This document shows positions 52,168 to 64,000 of a DNA stretch of 64,000 bases, in pieces (the first letter of the stretch is position 1; every line of letters starts with the position of its first letter). The position numbers and the translations under genes were made by a program. This DNA is from Stylophora pistillata (Eukaryota): contig NW_019217860.1 of assembly GCF_002571385.2 (NCBI RefSeq), forward strand, positions 390,856-454,855. Direction: 5' to 3'. The notes beneath the pieces were generated by a model. That model saw nothing but the letters and a program-made list of their open reading frames with translations. It made no database searches and was not told where the DNA came from.

Positions 52168-54144
52168 ATGTGCCAAGTCAGTGACAAATACAAAGCCGTC
52201 AAAAGCAACACTGCTCCTCCTGCCGTTGTAATCGAGCACAGCTGTTTGGTAGCGCGTGGACACGACTGGAAATTTGTTGTCAAATGTCGAACACTATCAA
52301 GTCACCAAGAGAGAAATACTACAAACTCGTGCGGTTGGAGAGAAGTCACCGATGTTTTTCCAGATGCCAGGGTAGAACAGAAACATAACGACATTGTTGT
52401 GACCTTTCCTCAACTGAAGGAGGACATTGAAATTGCAGCTTTTGGAATTCCAGGAACAGAAGACCAGAAACGAATGAAAATGGCAATCTTTGGAGAGAAG
52501 CCGACTCAAGGAAGGGACTGGAAATTAAAGGTTTATCTCATAGATGACTCGACTATAGCTTTTAAGGTAATACACATGGTACTTACACTTAAAACATCCC
52601 TAGACTTCAGCTTGAGGCCGAAATCTGAGTCCAATTTTCTTTATTACAACAAACTCAACCTCCACGGTGCCCCCTTCGCTCTTGAAATATAGAGAAGTTG
52701 TGGTTTGCGATCGCCAGGGAAACCGTGCCGGATTAAACACGTTTTTTTGAAGGCTGAGGAATTAGTTTCAGTAACAATTCCTGGTTGCAATGGCTGATGC
52801 CACGAGACTACTAAAGGGCTATTGTCTTCATTTTCGAAACAAAATATTGCAAGTTATCTAATGAGTTCTTTCTTTCCATCAAACAGAACGTCTGCGACAA
52901 AGAGGAGAGTTTTGGAAACAACTTGTTAACAACCCTTGCTGGTTTATTTGTGTCAAACAGTAACGAAGATATCAGAATTGAAATCAACCCCATTGAAACT
53001 GGATGGAAAGTCAAAGGAAACAAAGTCCAGGTATACACTTAGTTCGTTTTATAAGGCTAATCTGCACATTGAGGACCTAAGGGGGAGCTCTACTCTTGTG
53101 GAGAAAGAATCATCTGGTTTTGGTCTCAGAATGAGGCTCAGTTCCTCTCCCTGGTCATCAATTACCTTGATCAGATGTGGAGGTGCAAACCCTCTTTTTC
53201 CTTGGCCTCAGTTGAGATTGAACCTCGTAGAACTCATAAGGCGAGTAATCTCTGTATCGTTCCCCTACAGCTAGGACCCTCCAGTTAACTTTTTTTATAT
53301 CGTTCGATTTACAGGGGATTAAAGCAAAAGATGCCTGGCACTCACTTGAACATGATTCTACAGGCTTTCCTCACTGCCAATTTAACATCGAGCACGTCGG
53401 CAAATCGAAGCAAGCATTCTTTTGTGGAATAACAGCATCGCACGGAAGAGATCAGGCTAACACAGAACTAGTGGCATATTTTGAACAGGTAGGTTTACGA
53501 TATGGAACTTTGTATGTATTTGTGACGCTGGAGACGAAGGTTTTAAAAGAGAGAGGGTCAGGCAATAGGAGCGATGAGTGTTGGGAGCTTGAACCCTCCG
53601 ATATACTGTCTAATTCATTATTACTGAATAAAGGTTTCCTTTCGGTCATACCCTTGTCATCTAATACGGTTACAAATTATAAAAACAGATACCAGTCCAT
53701 GAAATATTTAGCTGAATAGGATGTGAAAAAATACACGTTTAGATAACCGTTTAAAAGGAACCTTTATCAACTACGTCACTAAAACAACACAGATTGGGTA
53801 GAGCTCGAAACTATTTTGCAATGACCGAGTAAAGATTATGTCAAAGCTTTGGATGGGAAAAGGAAAAATTGTTTTGTGAAATGGAGATTTCCAAGAAACT
53901 GGAAAGTATGTATTAAGGCATGCATACTTATTCATTATTTTGTATCGTACAGGAGAGAAGCAGAGGAGAACTCAACCAACCATCTGAAACGCTTCAGACA
54001 CTGAACACCACCACCCCCTATGTGAAAAATGGTAACACACTTTGTTCCTGTTCTTTTCAATATAAAAACAGCAACATCGCCAACAGCATTGGGTACAAGG
54101 ACATAAAGAGAACCTCCACTAGCAATCGAGTTCTGTCTGATTAA
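52168..54144 (+). CDS. Z4 (type B): partial ZU5 + UNC5-type UPA protein, about 302 aa; exons 52168-52566, 52887-53030, 53315-53488, 53953-54144
   Basis: All GT-AG phase-0 introns and an open frame; exon 3 has one extra codon relative to Z2 and Z3. Confidence 0.87.
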
Positions 54145-56288
54145 CAAGGTCTTTGGAAAGGTTATATACAGAAATTGGGTCACATGCGTAAATATTTTAC
54201 CACTTCTCTTCTCTTGAAAGATGGATCCATACTCTTAACTGAATAATTTATGGCTCGGTGGCTAGGTTGAATTAAATGTTTACAAGCCTTCAATTTATAC
54301 TAATGTTTAAAGACAATTTAGTGATCGATTGAACAAAAAAAAAAGTTGATACAAATCTACAAATTGCAAACAAGTTGATAAATTGCTAATTATTTATCAA
54401 ATACATTGCAGAGATGAGCCCCTTAATCTTCCTAACTGTTCATGTGGCCCTAGGATGCAAAAGCACTCGTTTAAAAGGTATGACATTGGCTTTCTTATTC
54501 TATTTTATTCCGTTTTGTTCCCCGAGCAATAATGGAATTGCATCTGATGACAGAAAAAAACATAAGAAAAAAATATGTATGTTAACGTATTTTGTGGAAA
54601 AAGTCAATTTTAAGAAATCTAAAACGATAAGCCTATGGCTAATGACAAAACGACTGTTTCCAACCGATGTTTATTTAAGGTCCGTAAGATTATTTCCTCA
54701 CTGTGTCACTTAAATTTCCCACCAATTTATTTTTGTCAACAGGATCAGCCCAGCACGTCAACGTTTGTGGCGAAGAAAGACGGTCTTTAGTCTGGTCATG
54801 CTGAACACAACTGCCATCCAAACTTAATCAAGACATTCCGAGAAAACAAAGTGTGACAAGAAATTAAGAGATTTTTTTAACGATTTCCATAACAGTTGAA
54901 AAATAAAAACAAAATCAGTCCCTTTCTCAACTTGTAGTGATAAATGAGTTGTATTCTGGTCGTTTTATATGTTGTAGTTGCCTGTTGAATATCAGTTATT
55001 CCTGATATTTTAAATGATAAATATATTTAGTAACTTACTACCGATGATTGGTGTTTGGAATAACTTAAGGAAAAAATGTTAGAATTATATAATGTTCACG
55101 TACTTTCTGCTACTCTCTCTCGAGCTTTACGGATAGAAAGAAACACTATAAATATTAAGACTCGCTAAGTAAGAATTAAATATTAAATGTAAAACGCACA
55201 GTTTATAATGTGAAAAACCATTGCGTTCCAGTTAAGATTTTGACTTAAAAGCGTGCACATTGTCATTTCATTTAATTTTCATATTTGAAAAGTGAAAGCA
55301 ATGTTAGGGTTGCTTTCCATTTGTCCAAAATAAATACCAAGTCATCGACAGCTTCAGTTGTAGCTATACCTAAAATATCCTTAGCTTGCTCGTGAGACCT
55401 GAGTTGTTTTTTGTGGATTCATTGCCAAAGAAGAATGAGAATATGTCTTGCATTATTAAATTTCCAACACACATTTCATGTAAAAGCTAGAGTGACATAT
55501 ATAAAGTGAAGTACAATTCGCTCACAAAATTCATTAAGCTATCAAAGGTAAAGAATGTAGGAGTTGGTCACTTACAACTTCTATGATTTTGGCTAATGAA
55601 AGGCGTCCGCAAAAAAAAAAATGCAAATTACCCTCTTGGCTTTTAAAGGTAGGAGAAGAGAGTAACAATAAAAAAAATTAAAAATCTGATATTTATAACA
55701 ATCTCAGGAGACTTTTCATAACCTATCGGGGAATTCTAAAAAAACCCAAAAGTAGAGTTGCTTCTTTGTCATAGTACGTTTTTTTCAACAAGAACACAAT
55801 TGTTTTTAAAAAGAGACAGGCTTTTAGTTGTCTCAATTGAATAGAAGCTATACTTGACCCAAAGCAAACAGCCTCAATTTACTCCTTATCTGAATCCTAA
55901 ATTGCCATTCAGAGAGAGGAAATTGATCAAAAAATTGTTTTGGTCTACACATTAAAGACCAAATAATATCTAATGGAAACGGTGTACAAAGCCAGACCGA
56001 AACTTAAGTTAACATAATATCAACGCTCTTACAAGTATTTGGATCATGCAAACATAATTGAAAATAAATATTGTGGTCGTCAGGCATAAAAGAAGGGAAT
56101 CAAATTATGTGAATTAAGATATTAAAGAGTAATATACGGGGTATCAGATAAATTTCAAAGGCCAGTTAAGAAATGTATTTATATTTGAAGATGTAATAAT
56201 GACTGGGAAAGAGTAGCAATAGCAATATTAATAATAGCAATAGTAGGTTGTAAACATTAAGGGATCGAGATAAAAGAAATGTCAAGGC

Positions 56289-56319
<31 letters not shown>

Positions 56320-59140
56320 CATACCTACATACATACTTTATTTGGCCTCGCAGTCTAAAAAACTGGCAGCCGTTGGCTGATATGGACCTGCGTTACTAAT
56401 TTACAATGTTTACATCTAAAAGAAAACCGAATATACTATGTGCGAAAGAGAAAAAAAATTAAAAAAAATATCAGTAATAATAAAAGTGATCCGATTTGTT
56501 TGTGATCAAAGAGCTCTCCTTTTCAAAGGTGAAATAATTAATAAATTTGGAAAATTGTTTTAAGCGATTTATGAACGAAATGACATTATCATAGTCTTTA
56601 ACGCTACTGGGAATTGAGTTCCAGATCGTAGTTCCTCTGTGTCGAAAAGAAAGTCTGCCTAAATGATTTCTTTTTTGGGTCTGTCCAGTACCAGTTGTTT
56701 AGATCGTCGGGAGTTATACATTGTCGCTTTTGCAGAAAACAATTCCGTTATTTGTGCTGGGCCAGCGTGATAAAAAGCTTGGTGGACGTGGTTTAGTAGA
56801 GCTTTTTTGTACATGCATGATAATGGAAGCCAGTTAGCTCTTTTGTAAGATGTAGGTGTTGTCTTGGTCGCGTGGTAGGTCGTGAATAAGCCTGGCTGCT
56901 TTCATATGGATCTCCTCTAATTTATTAAATAGCGGTGCGGTGCATCCACCCCACACTGGAATGCAATAGGTGACTCCTGGTACGACTGTTTTCAAATAAA
57001 TTTCTTCGAGTGTTTTAGAGGAGAGGCGTGGCATTCTCCTCAGGGCTCCAAGCTTTTTCGTGTAGCTCTTACATAGTTTATCAATGAGAGATGACCAGGA
57101 CAATTTGTTATCAATTTCCACGCCTACGCAACGGGTGGAGTTTACGAAATCAGTACTATTTTCTTCATATCGGAGATCTTGATAGGGACCGAGTAAAGGT
57201 TTTGTGGACAGGAGCATAGCTTCACTTTTTCCGTTATGGATCGAGAGTCTGTTTTTTTTGTGACCATCTGTAAATTTATTTCAAGATTAAATTCAGACGC
57301 AGGGTGAGAGTATCAAAATTGTGGCCGATGGAGTAAGCAGTGCTGTCGTCTGCATACATCTCGACCTCACCTTCGGTAACAGCGTCAGGAAGGTCATTAC
57401 GTGGATTGAATTCAGTCTTGTTCTCAGTAAGGAACCTTGTGGAACTCCGTAATTTATAGGTTTTGTTGAGGAGGATGAGCCATTTACTGTAGTAAACTAA
57501 GATCTGTCTTTTAGATAGTCTAGTATCCAATAGTAAGAGTCGCCCATAATTCCAACTGCTTAGAGTTTAAGGGGAAGTAGCTCGTGCGAGATGGTGTCGA
57601 AGGCTTTTCTGAAGTCTTAAATTTCTTGGAATAAAATGTTATTCTCCAGAATGGGCTTTATTGTGTCGTGCACATCCTAAGATTCCTAAGATGTCTTTAA
57701 AAAATGTACACAATCCACAGTTCCAGTCAGGGTTCCACTCAGTGCCGATCACTCCAACCCCTTTTAATTTTCTTTGAACGTTCGAGTTATCTATCGAGAG
57801 TCTACTGTATATTAAACGGGGTTTAAAAGCGGTGAGAGTTTGTTTGTTTGTTTTAATTTAACCTATTAATCGCTTCTCTGTTTGACCGTAAAACGGAAGT
57901 CGAAGGAGGTTTTTTTTTTTAGACAGGAAGGGACTTTTATAATGCAGATTTGTCTACTTCTATTTCTTAGGTTTTTACCATATAATCAAAAAGGTTGAAA
58001 TGTTCAAATTCGACGGACATCGAAAAGGTGTCAAAACCAATTTTCTACATGCAAAGTAATTTGGAAGAGACTAAGTTGATTAAGTCAAATTACATGTATC
58101 TCATCTACTGGGTCCGTCTGTATGATGAAGATCTATGACGACGGACCAGCTTTTGTATCAGCATATGCTTGCAAACTTTATATAAAGGGGAGCATTTAAA
58201 ATTACTCTCAATCCCCTTTATGATGTCGCAGATGAGGCTAAGTTGACGTATACAACATATTATGATAATCCCTATGGCTCTCTGGTAACCTCATACAGTT
58301 GTTTTGTGTCTTTTCTTTTATCTCCTGATTTTGCTTTTGAAGATGTGTTTATACAACCACAACTCAAGGAACTCCCCGTTCTGTTTCCTGATTGATGAAT
58401 AAAAGAATGGCTCAGCAGAAAGAGGAAAGGGAAAGACTAAACTTGTCGGCAATAAGAGAACAGCATGTAATCAAAATAGAAAGTTCCCGTTAACTACCAG
58501 TGAATGATATTTCCACTTTAATAATTTACCACAAAAAATGGTGCAAAAACAAATAAGAAAAAGGGAGAAAGCTTACATTAAACTAGAAGTAATTACAAAG
58601 TACGTACTTTCACTTGACTCACCACTTGACACAGGAAACAATCACCTATGCCTTTCTCGCTGTAAACTGGAGCTAGCTCAACATTCATGTCGTCGTCGAT
58701 GAGAAACTAATTTTTTGGAATAGTTTTAGATGGACTTAACATGAAAGTCGCATGTATCTAATGAAAATCTGATGGAAAGGTTGTTGAATTCAATTTGGCA
58801 TTAACTTTGGACTTGAGCGTCACAGCCCTACGATTTATAAAACTTGAGAGAGAAAGTAGGTAATGACAATTTCGCAGAACAAATCGTTAAAGCGTGGTAC
58901 CTTCCACGAAAAAACGCAGCTTGGCGTTTTTGATGGAGTCATCATCGTCCATGCTAAAAATATAGGCGCTGTTTCATAAATTTGATCATTTACAATAGAC
59001 TGATTTCCCACGAATATCAAAACACAAGGCAAAAAAAAATATCTAACACAAGGCAGCAAAATAAGAATTTCCACTTGTGAAATTTAAAGAGGAAAAATAT
59101 TGGAAAAAAGAAGAGGTATAAAAGTATATTTTACTGGGAG
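54145..59140 (+). repeat. Segmental duplicate of the Z3 3' flank (37582-41285)
   Basis: Colinear similarity throughout apart from the LINE insertion and indels. Confidence 0.85.
56291..57616 (-). mobile_element. 5'-truncated degenerate LINE (CR1/L2-like RT fragment) with tetranucleotide tail
   Basis: Minus-strand DFRKAFDTISH (~57585-57616), NDLPD..VEMYADDST, GVEIDNKLSW, YCIPVWG. (ACAT)n tail at 56291-56336. Interrupts GGCTTA|AATTT, which is intact in the paralogous flank at about 39813. Confidence 0.88.
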
Positions 59141-60569
59141 TAAAAGGGGTGCTTCCTAGAGGCTGATTTGAAATTAGAATTTAGGTTAGCGTTGCAAATT
59201 TGTTGGTAGTTGTAGTTGAGGAAGCCACTCTGGCAAGTTTGTGAGAACTTTGAGAGTACGCTCGACATTAACTCTAAGTTACTTGCGGGCACATGCAATT
59301 GCAATACCATCTTAAGCCTTCAGAGGACCAAACTAATAATAACCATTTTAACTAATTCAATGTGGCGTAGAAATTTCAAATTTTCCCAAAGAAGAAAATA
59401 ATTAGATGTAGGAAGATTGAGAGTTAGAAGGCGTTTTGGGGATCAGGATGAGGAAAAAGACAGCTTATTGGACTATAGCTCAATTGAGTATATATAAATT
59501 ATATATATAAATAATACGTTAAAAGGCGTCGAGCCAACAGTGACGCCGCGCCAGAAGGATCCAAAAGGATTCACAGTCTAAACCTCGATAAATGGTAGGA
59601 GAAGTAGTGTGGCACACGAGGACGGACAACTTCGAGCGAAGGAAGACATATACTCAATAAAAAATCTAAAAAGGTTTAATGAAAACCGTTTCGCTCCGAG
59701 ACCTTCATCACCGTGGAGTGAAATAATGGATCAACTTGAACAGATGATTCACAGGCAGGATAAGAATATCTATATTTATATCTTATTCACCTGCCGGGAG
59801 TATTGGGGAAATCTGTGCCCGAAGTCTTGGTACTCAAGACAGAGGGTGCAAATTTTCCCAGTATTGACCTCCCAACGGGTGATTAAAAATTTCTTTTTTT
59901 TCCAACACTTGCAAAAGAACCCGAATAATTTAAGGCTACAACGAAAGTGAATAGGGGCCTGATGACAGAAAAACAAAAATGAAGAAAAATATGTTAACGT
60001 AATTTGTGGAAAACAAGATTAATTTTTAAGAAATCTGAAACGATAAGCCTATAGCTAATGACAAAATGACCGTTTCCAACCTTCGTTCTGTTAAACTCTG
60101 TGAGATTGTCTTTTGTTGTGGTACTCAAATTTTCCACAAATTTATTTTTGTCAACAGGATCAGCCCAGCACGTCAAAGTTTGTTGCTAAGAAAGACGGTC
60201 TCTAGTTTATACAGCTGCCGCCTAAACCTACTCAAGACAATCCGAGAAAACAAAGTGGAATTAACGAATATCTGAACGAATTCCGTGTCAGTCAGAAGAT
60301 TGATGCAAAATCATTTCGTTTTACAACTTGTATTGGTTTAGTTTCCTGTTCAAATTTTTACTATAAATGTTCTTAGCGATAAATATCGGGAATAACTTAT
60401 TACCAAAGGTTGGTATTTGAAATAACTTCACAACAAAAAAAAAAACAAAAAAAACAAAAAAAATGACAGAACCAAGTAATGTCCATACACTTACTGCTAC
60501 CCTCTCGCGAGTTTTTTTGGAAATAGAGAAATACTCTAACAGTCAGTTTTAAGAGTCACTGAGTGAGAA

Positions 60570-62372
60570 TGGATTTTATAACATGACCAAAGCAAAGCGC
60601 GCGCTCTGATTTTTCAATTCAGCGTCCACCTTTTGTCCTGGGTGTACGCTGCTGCAAAGTCTATTTTTCCGCACGCGCTTGTTTTTTTCTGGTCACCTAA
60701 GATTTGTTAAGGAGGCTAGTACCAGTTTCCTCACGCGGGGAACAGGTTACTCTTGCGTGACGCGCGACAGAAACGTGCGAAAGAAGCGCGAGATCAGAAG
60801 ATGAAAATTCAAAACAAAGATGGCGGCGCGTGGATTTTTTTTCTACTTTTGTGAGAAGTTTACCTAAGAGCGTGCATTTGATGTGTTGAGCGACCACTGT
60901 GAATGCAGGAGATAGAAACAAAGATAAAGAAGACGATTTTCGGAGAAGTAAAGGTTGCTTCACTTCACATCTAAAAGAAATATTCAACCGATATGAAATC
61001 TTGCGAAGGCGAAAAAAGAAGAACTCAAGTGAAGGATAATCTACCTGAAGTGGAAGAAGACTTTGAAACTTCAAGGAAAATAATATGAAGCCAGAAGTCG
61101 TGTGTAGGATTTTAGAGATGAGCCCGGGAGGCTGTCTTCGACAGCTGTTTAATGATTTTCTGAGCAGTAAACGAGAATTTACGTCTGTAAACATCAGATC
61201 GTAGACGCTCGCACGAGCACACGCAATTCTCAGCGGTAGCTATAATAGATCATGAGCAAATGTCGATCTTATGGACTCCAGATTTTGAGATGCGCGAGAA
61301 CGCGCGTGGAAATCGCTAAATTCACGAAAGCTACTGCATGAAAACAAGTCCGGTGACCACTTATTTTAATTGTTCCAATGTGATAATAACGTCGAAAGAA
61401 ATCATCAGAAAAAAAAATTGAAAATTCTACGGAAGGAAATTTGCGATGTGTGAAAACTGCCTTTTTTCTAGATTTTCTGAAATTCCGCTCCATGGAATTT
61501 TTTAAAAATCTTTGTGCCTTTTCCTTTTCAAGTGCCAAAAGCAATCGATGAAAAAAAGTACGGGGTCACCGGGTTAGTTTTCGAATTATTTAAGTCACAA
61601 GCTAAAAATAAGAGTCTGAATAAGCCTATGAAAGCCTTGCCATGGAAACTACTAGTGACGAAATGATAACCAATAATTATATAATTCAACCCCGTAAAAG
61701 TGTTCAACTGGCCTTGGTCAGTCTTTCTGTTGTATTCTTTCAAAGTTACAAACCATCAAAAAGATGAAAACTGGTACCAGCCACCTTAAATTAAATGGAA
61801 TTCTTGCTAAAATGTATCAATATTATGTTATAAAACAAATGGTAAGCACCACAGCGTACTCTATTAATAATCTTTATTTAGCAGTAATTTCCATAGAATC
61901 CTCTACAACACAAAATATTAACAGCGTAAAAAACCATTCAAAAATAACTCAATTTCGGCTCACATCTACTCCTTTTTTTACGTCAAAGCGTCTGGAAAAC
62001 TATAAATAACGGAGTTAAATCTGAACAGATTCAAAGTCTAATAATCTGAAAAGTAAAAGCATATCTAAAACTATACAGAAAAGAGAAAGGTGACTGGCAA
62101 ATCTAGAACCCTATATACAAGGCTGCTAAAAATCATTAAACAATGTCAATGGCTCCCTCGGCAGCTGCGATTTCAACGTCACAATTATTATAGTCATACG
62201 CAGCGCGGCGCCTCACCTGCGATCCTCCGTGTACACTATTTAATCATGGAAGAAGCTAGAGTACCTCTCGGCTATCGCCTCGTGCGACTCCTGCGCTTCT
62301 TTCGTGCTTAACAACCTCCCGCGTGCATCCATAACTCAGTAGTGTGCGCTGTGGTGTTTACCATTTGTTAAA
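60570..62372. mobile_element. About 1.8-kb non-coding insertion with hairpin-like end
   Basis: Splits a segment that is contiguous at about 18990-19010 (GTGAGAATG..ATTAAACGTAAA). Imperfect hairpin near 62250-62310. No credible ORF. Confidence 0.5.
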
Positions 62373-62612
62373 TTAAACGTAAAACACGCAGTGGATTATG
62401 TGATAAACCAATGCATTCCAATTAAGATTTCTGACTTACAAGCTTGCACATTTCTCACATAATTTAATTCGCACTCATGAAAAGTGAAATCGGTATTAGG
62501 GAATATTTAAATTTGTCTAAAGCAAATAACAGGTCATCGACAGTGTCAGTGAGAAAAGCCATTGTCAAATTATGATTATTGAAAACTGGATAATTGGATA
62601 ATGCAACTCAAA

Positions 62613-62646
<34 letters not shown>

Positions 62647-62663
62647 GCAAAACACCATAATCT

Positions 62664-62672
62664 ACAATCAAA

Positions 62673-62703
<31 letters not shown>

Positions 62704-63400
62704 CTTTATTGAAGGAGGGAAGCTCCTTAACCCAAGGAGTTATCTAACATGAGGCCCTCACACTACTGAAACATTGACATAAAATATGAACAAAATACAT
62801 AATGACAAAGTATAGATAATAAATGAACATATATATATATATGAGTGATAATTGAAAAAAACTCACAGAGTATCATGGAGCATTGTTGATTAAGATTAAC
62901 GATTGGAAAAACTAAAAACAAAAGACTATGATGTACAACTGCAACGAAGTTTGTAGCGTCAATTGGGACAAAGCAACGTTTCTAGGTGAGAAGCACGAGA
63001 GGTAAAGGTTTGAAAAAGAGAGAGAACTTTACCTTTGAAGGCAGGCAGATTAGTCGAAAAAGAGGTACAGGGGTTTGGGAAGCGTAGAAGTTCTTTAAGG
63101 TCGAAGTCAAGACAATTGAAAAGCGAGGCTACACTGAAAGCGAAAGTGCGTTAACCGCAGTTTGAGCGGGGATAAGGAAGTTGAAGGTCAAGGTTACAAA
63201 CTCTAATAATAGCACCAGTTATTCGTCTAGAAGACAAGAAATGGAAAGATTGTTTGAGACAGCTTGGTGCTTCGGGATTATTAAGAATATTAAAGAGGAG
63301 GAAAAACTTTCTAAGGTTAACTAAGAGTAATTGGGGAGCCATTTGAGTTTGGCAAAGAGACTGACTGAGGACTAATGCCAGTCGGCGTCAAGAATAAGGC
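62664..63400 (-). mobile_element. 3' fragment of a LINE with (CAAT)n tail
   Basis: (CAAT)n at 62665-62700. Minus-strand LQLPYPRSNCG*RTFAFSVASLFN resembles the C-terminus of CR1/L2-type ORF2. Confidence 0.6.
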
Positions 63401-63492
63401 GAGTAAATATGGTAAGCGTACGTGTCAGCTTGAAATTAAAAGGGAGCTAAAATATTTACTAAAATTTAATTATTTAATTTGACGTTTTTAAT

Positions 63493-63536
63493 AAAACAAT
63501 TATTCCACCCGCGCTTGTTGGCGATGTGAGATGATT

Positions 63537-63569
<33 letters not shown>

Positions 63570-63614
63570 ATCGATCATCTCATAGCCAACGCGCGCTCGT
63601 TGAATTATTGTTAA
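63493..63614. repeat. Palindromic MITE end
   Basis: AACAATTATTC..GTTGGC..TAGCCAAC..GTTGGCTAT..GCCAAC..GAATTATTGTT nested hairpin. Confidence 0.7.
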
Positions 63615-64000
63615 ATAGCTTGTATGTTAGAGTTGATCAGTCTTTAGTAGATTCCTTGCCAAAGAAGAATTCTAAGATGTCTTACATTAGAGTCTGCATT
63701 GTTTCGTGCTTAATACTCTCGCGCACATTTCACCTAAAAGCTGACTGACATACAAAGCAGGGACCAGTTCACCTGCCTTGAGGTTAAAAGTTAAATCTCT
63801 TAATTACGAATGTAAATGTAGTGTGGATAAGACTTTTCTGACGCTGTCCTGTTTATGGCTAATTAATGAAAAGCAACTCAGCAATGCAATTTAATTTTAA
63901 AAAAAAATTTCGAGTTAGTTACAAAAATTTAAAGAGAGTATTCGTAACCTTGGTGGAGGGGATTAATAAAACAACCCAAGTTAATCCTTCGCTTTTGTCA

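Larger units (their letters stand above)
59955..63790 (+). repeat. Fragmented duplicate of the Z2 3' flank (about 18410-19950) without the gene
   Basis: 59955-60570, 62372-62575 and 63620-63790 match about 18410-18995, 19000-19200 and 19205-19950 (with deletions). Confidence 0.75.

Noticed and set aside
1-64000. CRISPR array, operons or prokaryotic defence system
   Set aside because: Spliced eukaryotic genes; no regularly spaced repeat-spacer array seen.

Overview
AT-rich, intron-containing eukaryotic DNA with two assembly gaps. Its repeat content resembles a scleractinian coral (probably Pocilloporidae; from recalled repeat families, not a search). The six-frame ORF track is misleading because the real genes are spliced. 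Manual exon stitching gives a tandem array of four head-to-head gene pairs. Each pair has a minus-strand 4-exon gene ('X', 169-176 aa, likely a stand-alone ankyrin/PIDD-type UPA domain) and a plus-strand gene ('Z', about 258-302 aa, C-terminal half of a ZU5 domain plus an UNC5-type UPA domain). Neither has a death domain, ankyrin/LRR repeats or a transmembrane segment. The spacer between partners (about 3.4-4.1 kb without insertions) carries a cluster of NF-kappaB-type sites, positionally conserved in units B-D, plus ISRE-like motifs. Order: X1< >Z1, X2< >Z2, X3< >Z3, psiZ5>, psiZ6>, X4< >Z4, then duplicated flank remnants. Also present: a TTAA-bounded fold-back element in X3 intron 3, a CACTAG-ended element containing a Penelope-like retroelement, two LINE fragments, a tRNA-derived SINE, several MITEs and two minimal hammerhead-like motifs. 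Domain calls are by-eye alignments to remembered family sequences and need HMM or structure confirmation.
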